From the NCBI RefSeq assembly GCF_009914755.1, contig NC_060926.1: a DNA stretch of 64,000 nucleotides. The stretch is one strand, 5' to 3'. Shown here one piece after another: positions 1-9,965 of the stretch (the stretch's first letter is position 1; every line of letters begins with the position of its first letter). The notes beneath the pieces are model-generated. The model ran no database searches. It saw only the letters and a list, made by a program, of their open reading frames with translations, and was not told where the DNA came from. The translations under genes and the position numbers were made by a program. Source of the stretch: the human T2T-CHM13v2.0 reference genome, Homo sapiens.

Positions 1-373
1 ATGCGAAGATGGAACAAGGACTGACCAGAGTCACAATGCTTAATGGACCAATGCTTTCTGACTCCTCTCTACCATGAATACAAGAGACCCTAATAGTTAG
101 GCAGGAGTATCATTGCCCCTATTCAGCATTTGAAGAAGTTACAGAAGACGGACCTTCATCCTCCTGCAACCCCTAGGATTGAGGGTCCCCTTGTAAAAGG
201 CAAAGTGGGGGAGGTATGTGGGAAGCATTCAAACCAGAGTGACTCCAGTTTGAATAAGGGTTAAAAGAAAAAAGCTGGGTCACCGGCAATTAAGGACTAC
301 ACAGCCTGCAATCGCCTTGCTAACAATTGCTAGTAATGTAATAATGATACCTTCCCCCTTACAAAAAAAGGCA
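1..373 (+). mobile_element. 3' end of ERV1 internal region (HERV-FH21/MER41-int-like), runs off the window start
   Basis: GAAGAAGTTACAGAAGACGGACCTTCATCC...CCCCTAGGATT resembles MER4-group ERV1 internal 3' ends; purine tract ACAAAAAAAGGCA directly precedes the LTR at 374. Confidence 0.6.
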
Positions 374-780
374 TGTTGGGGGAAAAAGCTGAGTGTTGGG
401 AGGGAAACTGAGGCAGGGCTTGCATAATGTCTTTGGAATGTGTCTAGACTTACTGGCTCCTTGTTTCTAGCCTTCCTAGGCTCCTGTTACCATTATCTCA
501 AGTAGCAGAACATGTTCCTCATAAATGCTAAGCCATCACAGCTGTAAATCATGTGCTTAACGCAATGTGCCCTTTTGACCTCCACGTTCTCACCACCTGT
601 TTCTTCGTTGCATTACCAATAAATACCATGGGCTCCCAGAGCTCGGGGCCTTCGCAGCCTCCATACAATAGTGATGGCCCCCTGGCGTACCACCTTTTCC
701 CCCCTCACCCCGCTCAATCCTTTGACTCCGCTGGACTTCGTCACCCCGACGACCTGGTGTTGGGTCTGATCACCCCAGCA
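374..780 (+). mobile_element. ERV1 3' LTR (LTR21-like)
   Basis: TG...CA termini with terminal inverted repeat TGTTGGGG/CCCCAGCA; AATAAA at ~618-623; preceded by a PPT-like tract. Family name from recall of the consensus start TGTTGGG-AAAAGCTGAGTGTTGGG. Confidence 0.7.
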
Positions 781-2728
781 AAGTTGGTGGTCGAATGCCC
801 AGCATACACTCGGGCTGCATGGTGGTCTATTCGGGAAGATGGAAAATAGTGGCAGGACAAGGTAGGCGGTGCTGACATGCATAGCTAGACGTGTGACAAA
901 TTCTCTAGATCATATTCCTAATCAGACTACAGACTGCAGCTGAGAGTGGAGGAGAGAGGGCTCCATCTCTCTCTAAATGAGCAGCTTCAAATAGTTAATT
1001 ATTAAACAGTTCACAATTATTAAACAGGACAGCCCTAATAGTTGACTAGAATACAAAGCAGGAAATTGAGCCAAATCTTCTAGCCTGGGCTAACCCAGCA
1101 AGGATTTGGAGAGTGTGCTACCTGGAGGGCAAATAAAGCTAAAGGTTTATGCTGATCATGTACCATACTTTTGGCAGCAAACTACATTTACAATGATGGA
1201 TATTCTTTTAGCACTTTATGCCCTGGTTATACTTGTCTTGGTAATTCCTAAGCTAAAACCTATAGGTAGAGTTTCAGAGACTGCAGTTCAGCATGGCTAA
1301 AGATGAGAAGAGTTACTGGTGCTTGTACATTTTATTTCTGGATATGCACTTGGATTCAGTTGTATAGAAGGTTTGGAAGTAGCTCTCCCCCTTACATAAA
1401 AGGCCACACATCAAGCTACTTCATACAGAAATGGTATGGTAAGTGCTGCTGTACTCCTTAGTTGAAGAGCAGGTTAGACCTCGTTATATTATGCTGTTTC
1501 CCGCAGATTCTCTATTAACCGAATTCTTTGGCATGATCTTTTTTTCTCTTCTAAGTGATTAAGACTGCTTTAAGGAGAACATATATATTTAGTATTTCTT
1601 CTTCCCTCTCAATGACTGACATCATCGGACCTATCACCTGAGCATGGTCTGACTCAGTGTGTCATCTGGTGTATCCACACCTGCCACACTACAGCCTGGC
1701 TCTCATGCATGTAAGTCCAAGAAACAGGTTGTCTGAATTGCAGCCATGCAAACAGTTTCCTATTCATTCAAATAACATCTGAGATTTGCATGGATTAACA
1801 TTCAGTTGACAGAAATCTAGTTCTTATTCAAGTAAAGAAATAAGGACTAGTTCATTTTAACCACAGGCCAGTGGAAGATTCCCATCTCATTGGAACTAAT
1901 CAGTGTCCATTATTTTACCAAAGGTTTTTCATCTAGCCTTACAATGCATTTAAAGCCAAGGTCCTAGTATCTTCACAAAGAAAACATCACAGGGTGTGTA
2001 ACACTGTTTCTTATTTAAAGATTGCACTCAACTAATTAAAAAGTGTCCTCAAATGTTCCCTCTGCTCACTGCACTGGGAAAAATCTACTTTTGGAATATA
2101 TAGGTTCATCTTAACTCATACCATACCTACTTAATTCTCCAAGAGAATGGGGTATGAGTCCGTGGAGGATAGAGTGACAGTCATCTTTCCAGGATTGATT
2201 TTGGTCAGTAACTCTATGCTCTGTGACCTGAGGGAGGTTGTTGGGAGGAGATGGTGGGAGTCAGGATGCAGAACATGAGGTGCCTGTAAATCTCATCTTT
2301 TCTGGGAGCTGATGGCCTTGTCTCCACATTAAAGTGTGGATGCCTTGCAGGGAACCGCTATCTGCAAGTGCAGATCTAGAGACAGTTGACAGAGCACCAG
2401 TCACAAACAAGGTGGCTTGATGTAAGTTTCTTTGTGTAGCATAAGCTGAGTAGTCTTAGAAAGAAATAACTTTATTACTGTAAATGCTGAATCATAAATA
2501 TAAGCCTTGACATAACCCTGAAGTTCTTGAACTCTTTTCCAGGCTATGCCTAGAAAAAATTGTGGGATAGAGCCAGGTTAGTGTTCAATGCCTTCCTGTT
2601 TTTCTACTCCCAGTCTCCTCTCCCCCTCACGTACCCTGAACCACAAGTCTTTTTTCCTTATCTCCATCACATCCTATATCTTGCTTTTTAAAGTCAGAAT
2701 CATATTTGTATTAAGTTTAAAAAAAACT

Positions 2729-3230
2729 GACTTTTGCTTCTAGCTAAGGTGAAGTAACAGACTTGATTTATAGTTATGCCTGAAATAAACTTGGAAAAAT
2801 ATGAAATGTTTTTTCAAGACATCAGATGATACAAGACATTAATTTCTGAGAAATGAGAAACAAATGAGGTGAAGCCCTACAATTGCCCTAATTTACTGCC
2901 TTGAGAGAGTGTCCAGGTCATGGCATGCTGGGACGTGGAAACTTGGAATAGCCTGGCCGACTGCCGAATTGAGGAATGAGAATGTTTGGTTGCCTCTATG
3001 ACTGAGGATGCTGTAGACATCTAGTGGACAGCAGTTGATGGGATAGTCCTGAATAGTTTTTCTAGTGGAATTGTGCAGGTGCCACTGGTGATAAACAGAT
3101 AGATGCTCACTGCTGAGAATGCCAAGGAGGGTTAGCAAATGTCTGAGACTCCATACTTTGACCCTGTGACGCTGAGGACAGAACAATTCCCAGAAACATG
3201 AGCAGCATACATACTTAGAGAAGAAAATAT
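2729..3230 (+). mobile_element. Ancient L1M 5' end (L1MCa/L1ME-type 5' UTR)
   Basis: ACTTTTGCTTCTAGCTAAGGTGAAGTAACAG...GAGAAACAAATGAGGTGAAGCCCTACAATTGCCC matches the L1M 5'-end pattern. Confidence 0.6.
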
Positions 3231-3974
3231 TCTGAAATGGTGCATAATTTCACCGGTCTAAAGGCTTCAGGGGGAATTTTGTTTAGGGTGTTGTAAAAAC
3301 CCATGACCTTGGGGCACCCTTTTGTTAGTAATACATTCTGATCTCTTTTGAATTTTTTAATTTTATGCTGGCATTGCCTTTTGTGAACAGGCATCTTTAA
3401 ATAAACATGGCTTTAATCTGGTTTCATGAAACAGGAGTAGCATTCCTGCAGATGAAACGGCAATTCAAAGTGTAGTCTGTCCACTTTGGAACATTTTATT
3501 TATAAGTAAACACTTTGTTCTCTTGGTGACAAATAGAAATTCTTCCTATTTTATGACCATATTAAGGAAGCAAACAAATCCCCTCAGTTATACTGGAAAA
3601 TAAGTCTTTAATTTCAAAGAATAAGAATCTTGTCATACAACTTAGTAGCATAGGTAGAAATCAATAATTGTGTGTTAACGGATTCAACATGTCAATATGT
3701 TGATCTAGTCAACAAAATTACTTTTGTAAATAGATTGCCCTTGCTGAGTAGAGCTGAAGAAAACTGTTGGCAAGTAAGCACTTCACTTTCTTCTCTTGAT
3801 CATTGCTTTTTGAGTGTGTTCTGTGGAGAGGACAGTGCTCTGGGAGATGTGAACCACACTCTGCCTCTGCGCTTTACCTCCTTTGAGTTGCTTTCAGTTC
3901 ATAAACGTAAAGTTGCAGGAGCTGGAGAGGCTAATTCTTAAGTGGGTTTGGTGTGGAAAGAGTATTAGGGAGGG

Positions 3975-4135
3975 AAGTACCCTGGGATAGAGTGGAATTT
4001 GGGTCTTGGGAATAGCTATGGCACCAACATATGGCCCTGCACAAATCACATGACCCATTGGGCATCAGTTCCTTCATCTGTGAAATAAATGTATTTCTGT
4101 TTGAGCTCAAAGGTTTTTTCAGCTATAATTTATGA
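3975..4135 (+). mobile_element. MIR SINE fragment
   Basis: Core GGGCATCAGTTCCTTCATCTGTGAAATAA. Confidence 0.55.
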
Positions 4136-4429
4136 ATGTAGCTGTTTGCCCCAAGGAATGAGTTTTCTCAACTCTGAAAGCAAAATTTATGTGCTAGGCA
4201 GAGAAATTTTACTTTACCTGCCCTGATTCTTGCTCTATGCTACTGAGCAAAGTGCTAAGACATCTGAAATCATCCAGTATTTATTATTTTCTCCTAACTT
4301 TTTCCCTAAGATGAGTGCCAAGATTGTTCTAGATTCCTTGGGAAACTTTTCAAAAGGCTGAAGCCTCTTCAGTTCTAATTATTCATTCAATACAATGTAT
4401 GAACAGGCCCAGTGTTCCATGTTGTGTAG

Positions 4430-5185
4430 ATAGTTGCTCATGTGGTTGTATTTAACTTGGAGTTCTGCTGCAGCTGGGCTGGAAAGTCCAAGAAGACCTC
4501 CCTCACATATTTGGAGACTTTAACTGCATCCTAGCAACAATGAGCACAAAGATTGAATGTATGACGCCCAAATTTATAAGTTGAAATTCTAATCCCCAAT
4601 ATGATATTAGGAGGTAGGGCCTTCAGAAGCTAATAAGGTGGAGCACTCATGAATGGGATTAGTGCTCTTATAAAGGTACCTCAACAAACTTTCTCATTCT
4701 CTTTTTACCATATGAGGATGCAACAAAGAGATGGCAGTCTGCAGCCTGGAAGAGGGCCCTCACCAGAACCTGACCATTTTGGCACCCTGATCTGACTCCC
4801 AGCCCCAAGAACTGTATGAAATAGATTCCTATTTATAAGTCATTAAGTCTATGGTGTTTTGTTATAGATAGAAGGCTGAACTGACAAAGGCAGATGCCTC
4901 AAGTCTTATGCACAGGGCCTTCCTGTCCAGCTAGGTAGCTTGGACTTCCTTAAAGCATGGCAGCATGCTTCTAAGTGTAAAAGTGGAAGTCATGGGTTTC
5001 TTAAAGCCTGGGCTCAGGGCTGCAAAGCATCACCTTCACTGCATTCTATTGGTCAAATAAAGTCACAAGTCTATCCCAATGCCAAAAGGAGGAGAAACAA
5101 ATTCTACCTGTTGATTAAAGGAGCAAAATAACATGTCCAGGGAGGGGAGAATTGATGGTGGCTCTCTTTGGGACTACCTGTCAGT
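4430..5185 (-). mobile_element. Old MaLR LTR (MLT1I/J/K-like), interrupted by MLT1A
   Basis: GCTGGAAAGTCCAAGAAGACCTCCCTCACAT and CACCTTCACTGCATTCTATTGGTCAAATAAAGTCACAAG motifs on either side of the 4541-4892 insert. Confidence 0.6.
4541..4892 (+). mobile_element. MaLR LTR MLT1A/MLT1A0
   Basis: GTTGAAATTCTAATCCCCAAT, CTCATGAATGGGATTAGTGCTCTTATAAA, GCCCTCACCAGAACCTGACCAT..GGCACCCTGATCT. Confidence 0.8.
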
Positions 5186-5199
5186 CACGTGGGTCTATA

Positions 5200-5471
5200 T
5201 CCAGGTGTCTGGTTGATAGGTTGGGACTCATATTGGCTAGTAGGATCAGCAGTCAAAGAGCAGGTCATGGAGCAGAAGAGAAGGGGAGGACAAGCTGAAA
5301 CTCATTGAAACCTCTGCCCATCACTGCAAATAATCATTGTCAGCTTCAAAGAGCAATAGCTGCTGATCCACTTCCACTTCCCAAATCCCATGCAAATACC
5401 TCACTTGGCCAATTCTAATCTGGGAACATGACTCTAGCTTAACCAAGTTAAAAATAGAGTGGTCCAGCACA
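5200..5471 (-). mobile_element. ERVL LTR fragment (LTR41-like)
   Basis: CTTCCCAAATCCCATGCAAATACCTCACTTGGCCAATTCTAATC...AGCTTAACCAAGTT..CCAGCACA. Confidence 0.5.
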
Positions 5472-6189
5472 CTATTCAAAAATATGGCATCTCTCTCCAT
5501 TCAGGTGTACTTTTATACCATTTAGAAGTGTTCTATTAGTTTTGTTCATATGACTTTTTTTATTCACACATGTTTAAAAGTTTTGTCTTTATTGCTTCTG
5601 TGAATGGCATTTTTGTTATGTAGTGCCATTCAAAATGTATATAACTAAGCAGGTTATTAATTATGGTCTTTTCATCAATACAATTGTATTTTCTAGGCAG
5701 ACATTCATGTGTAGACGTTGGGAATTTTTTCTTAGAAAAATGTAAATAAATTTTTAAAGTCTGGATATACTGGTTACCATTGCCAAGGAAGCCCTCTCCT
5801 TAAGATTCATGCTTTATATGGCTCTACCTATCTCAAGAACCCATAAGAATAAATTTACTGAAGAGCTTGATTGCCATGTCACTTGAGATTCTACACTCAA
5901 TGCTGATTTAGTATAATCTGTGAACTTAAATGTCCATGTCTTAGCCCATTTTGTTTTGCAGAATATCTAAAGCTGGATAATTTGTGAAAAACAGAAGCCT
6001 GGGCCTATCTCGTAATTTACGAAGGAACGAGGTTTATTTAGCTTACAGTTTGACAAGTTGTGAAATACAAGATGTGAGGCACTGGCATCTGCTCAGCTTC
6101 TGGTGAGGTCCTTAAGCTGCTTCCACTCATGGCAGGGAGTGGTCGTGTGCAGGGATCACCCAGTGATACAAGCAAGAGGGAAACCAAGG

Positions 6190-6420
6190 CTCATTACAGT
6201 TAGGTGAAAGTACACAAAGATGGGCTTGGCACTAAATTCATCTATGTCTAGATGCTTATACCTCTGAAAAATTGACAGAGTGGGCAAACCTTGTAAAGTG
6301 ATTAGTTGCAGTTGTGTAGTAATAAATAATTTATAGCAAAGAATCTTAGGCTAAGGATGTCATCAAAGAGTACTTCAAATGCAAGAAGTGAACAAATAAA
6401 AAGCTCATATTTTTTTAAAA
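6190..6420 (+). pseudogene. Candidate 5'-truncated processed retrocopy (3' UTR-like fragment, unknown parent)
   Basis: Non-MST sequence interrupting the LTR; AATAAA at 6395-6400 about 20 nt before an A-run; degenerate flanking repeat GAAACCAAGG/GAAACTAAAG. Confidence 0.5.
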
Positions 6421-6509
6421 AGAAACTAAAGAAGCCAAATTCTTTAACACCCACTCTTGGGAACTTGTCTATTCCTGTGAGGGTGGGAACTCACTAACCC
6501 TGTGGGAGG

Positions 6510-6867
6510 TGTATTAGTCTGTTTTCATGCTGCTGATAGACATACCCGAGACTGGGCAATTTGCAAAAGAGGTTTAGAGGACTTACAGCTCCACGTGGCT
6601 GGGGAGGCCTCACGATCATGGCAGAAGGCAAGGAGAAGCAAGTCGCGTCTTACATAGATGGCATTGGGCAAAGAGAGCTTGTGCAGGTGAACTCCTGTTT
6701 TTAAAACTATCACATTTCATGAGACTCATTCACTATCATGAGAACAGCCAGGAAAGACCTGTCCCCATAATTCAATCACCTCCCAGCACGTTCCTCTCAT
6801 GACACATTGGAATGGTGGGAGTTACAATTCAAGATGCGATTTGGGAGGTCAAATCCCCTCCATATTG
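6510..6867 (-). mobile_element. THE1B/THE1C solo LTR nested in MST
   Basis: TGTATTAGTCTGTTTTCATGCTGCTGATA..CATACCCGAGACTGGG; exact 5-bp TSD GGAGG (6505-6509 / 6868-6872). Confidence 0.9.
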
Positions 6868-7329
6868 GGAGGGCATTAACCTAATCATGAGAGATTCAAA
6901 CAACTCCCACCAGGCCCCACGTCCCGAAACTGCCACATTGGGGTTTGAATTTCAACATGAATTTTGGTGAGGACAAACCACATCCAAACTATAGCAGCCC
7001 ACTTTTCTAACACAATTAGCAGAGAGATGCTTCTCCCCAACTCCTGCCTCATGTCTTTGAAACAAAAGTCAATAAAAAGTTTTGAGGATTATGCCACTAA
7101 CATTGAATGGACACTGCTTTGGAGTGAAAGGAGGCTTTGAACAATGTAAGTTCTTGGTCATAGGACACATTAACTAAAATCTTTTCTGTCATAACAGATA
7201 TAATTGCATTTTGTGTAATGAATTATTTATCAGTACCACTAATCACTGAGCATCTGTCTTCTTCTCTTCATGTTCTCTCATTCACAGTTCTGGAGGTACT
7301 TATGAATTACCACAATGTTTGCTATAGTT

Positions 7330-7800
7330 GCTGATGGCAGCTGGAGGGATACTACAATATTAAACGATTCATATTACTCTATGTATGTGTAGATCTAGAT
7401 ATAATGTGAAAACTAATATGATTCTTTACATCAGCTATTGCTTTAAAAATAGTGAAAATTGCAATTAAAATGTGATGAGTTGCAATGATGAAAATAAGTA
7501 TTTTCTAGTATTGATACTAATTTGTGATATGTGATCCATTACAATGTTTTAACATAATGTGGAGAATTCACATTTCTGAATCCAAACATTGTTTTAAGAT
7601 TTTTGACACTTCCAGTTGCAGTGAAATTCTCCAAATTGAAATTGTTGAAAAAAAAAAAAAAATCTAAGATCTAAGGTGACTCAAGGAAGGTTGTCTAATT
7701 TGGTATTACTGCCAATAGAATACAAATTAAAGTATTAAACCTAATGTAATTAGTAACTTACTGAAATAAAGGGAATGAATTCTTAGAATAAATCCATAAT
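7330..7800 (+). mobile_element. hAT-Tip100 (Zaphod-like) transposase relic
   Basis: Across frameshifts ~7575-7725 reads NPNIVLRFLTLPVA..KFSKLKLLK..LRSKVTQGRLSNLVLLPIE, the hAT C-terminal dimerisation motif. Confidence 0.7.
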
Positions 7801-8904
7801 TTATAAACTATATATTTTTATTACTCATTTAAATCTTATTTCACCAATAGAATACCAAGATAGCTGTATAAATAAGCTCAACTGTCTTTGATATTTTGAT
7901 AACTTATAAGTTATAAACTATGTGTAAACCGATGATTTTATATATTTTTTTGTTACCAGGGCTGGTAAGTAGATGGGACTGCAAAATAGGTTCTAGACTA
8001 TGGATGCCCTGTGAGTCACTTTTCATAAACTAAAACATTGTGTTAAAAAGCACCCTAAACCAGGGACCTCACTCACTTGGAGTGGTATATTTGTCAAGCT
8101 ATGGGATAGAACATATTTGAATTAGCATCATTTTAGTTTGATTTGTAACTCCTAATTATGTAGTCTTGTGGTCTGTAGGCCTCATTTTGTTCTTTCATTT
8201 TAATACCCACAAAGGTGAAAGCCTGGCCAAAACCAAATTAAAGTCACAATAGTTAAATTCCTGTGTTATTCCTTAATATGACAGAAATGCTGTTGATTTC
8301 ATAATTTTATCTTGGTTATTCTGTGACTTGAATTTATTTGGTTAATTTTTTAGTCAGCAGGATTATTTGTTTGAGTAAATGTTTTAAAAGTTTATAATTT
8401 CTGTATTACCAAATATCTGGGAATCTTTTTGTTATCACATATGATCTCTTGTGAGTCTATTGAATTCTTGTTTCATTATCTTTTTCCCTAAAACATTCCA
8501 ATTGCTCTTATATTTGAGGAGATATTAATACCAACTTTATTTTTTTTTCTATTTCAATTCATTCAACAATTACTGTGAGCCTACTATGTATAGTGTAGGT
8601 AACTGGATCTCTCCTTGGATTCTTGTGATTTTGATAGTTAAACATTGTCAAAATCTTTTTTATCTCATTATTCTTAGTTTAAAGAGAATTTCTTCAAATG
8701 ATCTCATTCTCGTTTGTGGCATTTCTGCAATGTGCAATCTGCTTTTTACTGTCACCATAATATTTGTAATTCAGCTCTTGCCTTTCATTTAAAAGCAGCT
8801 TTTCTTGATAGCAGAATGTGTGTTCCTATTGTAGATGAAATATCCCCTTAAATAGCTTCGGGAACATTGATTTTTTTAAATTATGAATGGAGAATATGTG
8901 CTTT

Positions 8905-9965
8905 ATTCCTCATCCATTCAAATATTTACTGAATACCTATTATGTGAAGTATTGCTCTAGGCACTGGGGATACGTCAGTGAACTAAAGATAGTCTTAAAT
9001 CCCTGCCCTGAGGAGCTTATATTCTAATAGGGAAAGAAACATGATGAACAATGAACATATTTTTTTTGAGGGTTCCATGATCACTCAAGTTTCTCTTGCT
9101 TGGAAGACTCAGAGGACACAGAGGTAATTCTATTCACAGCTATGGATTCATATCAGGATCTGCAAGAAGAAAAGACAACAGTCAGACCCTGTAGGAGTTC
9201 AGACACAGCCTCCCAACATTCTCTCCCCCAGGGGTTGCCTAGTGGGAGGGGTAGAATAGGTGGGAGGTACAAGGTGTTACACAGGACCCACTTCCTGCTG
9301 TAGCAATGAAATGCAGCAACGCATGCTGGGTGGCATTGTTTCCTCCCAGATAATCCCACTTGAGACTGAGTGCAGAGTTTTTATTAGGGGCTCATTATGT
9401 AGGCATTCTTTGCCTGTGCAACCAGCCACAATTACTGAGATTCCAGACTCCCTGAAGGAAAGTAGATGTTCACCACAAATCATTGTTTTTACAAACAGCT
9501 CAGGCAAACGTTGCTCAGTGCCTCAGGCTCACAAAGCAGCCTTGTCAGTTAGTAAAACAGCATTCAAAAATTCAAGTTCCTAGGCTCAGCCAAGGGTTAG
9601 CCCCCACCAAGCAAGTCTTTCTGAAGGACAGTATCAGGTCTTCTTTGTCAACTGTTTCCTGTACAATAACATAATATTACAGTTTAATATAATGTCACAA
9701 AACAAAGCAGGATAAGAGGGCATTGGAGGTGCCAGGCGGGGAGGCAGTGGGAGATTATAATTTTAGATAGCCTTTCAAGGAAGGCTTCTTTTGAGAAGTT
9801 TACTTGAACAAAGGCATAGAGGAGGTGAGGCAGTGGGCCATGTGGATAGCTACAGAAAGAGCCGTCTACAAAGGAATCATGGTGGGAGACATGTATGCTA
9901 TGTTCAAAGTTCCTGGAACAGAGTGTAAATGAGATGTGGTCAAAAAGGCAGAGTTTTGATTTTCA
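8905..9965 (-). mobile_element. L2 3' end (interrupted by an LTR)
   Basis: CATTCAAATATTTACTGAATACCTATTATGTG...CCCTGCCCTGAGGAGCTTATATTCTA; resumes after 9666. Confidence 0.75.
9065..9665 (-). mobile_element. ERVL-type LTR (MER77/MER68-like)
   Basis: GATTCCAGACTCCCTGAAGGAAAGTAGATGTTC..., ends GTCAACTGTTTCCTGTACA. Confidence 0.65.

Larger units (their letters stand above)
5937..6996 (-). mobile_element. MaLR LTR MSTB2/MSTB1-like, carrying two nested insertions
   Basis: TGTCTTAG start, GGCATCTGCTCAGCTTCTGGTGAGG, end GGACAAACCACATCCAAACTATAGCA; near-TSD GTCCA/GCCCA. Confidence 0.8.

Noticed and set aside
508-517. GAACATGTTC perfect p53 half-site in the LTR
   Set aside because: Only one half-site, with no adjacent second decamer
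553-882. Overlapping ORFs of 98 and 89 aa
   Set aside because: They lie mostly in the LTR U3/R/U5 and its flank; no recognisable domain
997-1028. AATTATTAAACAG direct repeat x2
   Set aside because: Ordinary short slippage duplication; only two units, not CRISPR-like
7255-7302. Pyrimidine tract plus CAG, then TTCTGGAG|GTACTT as a possible microexon
   Set aside because: 8 nt is not frame-preserving, the donor is weak, and there is no supporting context
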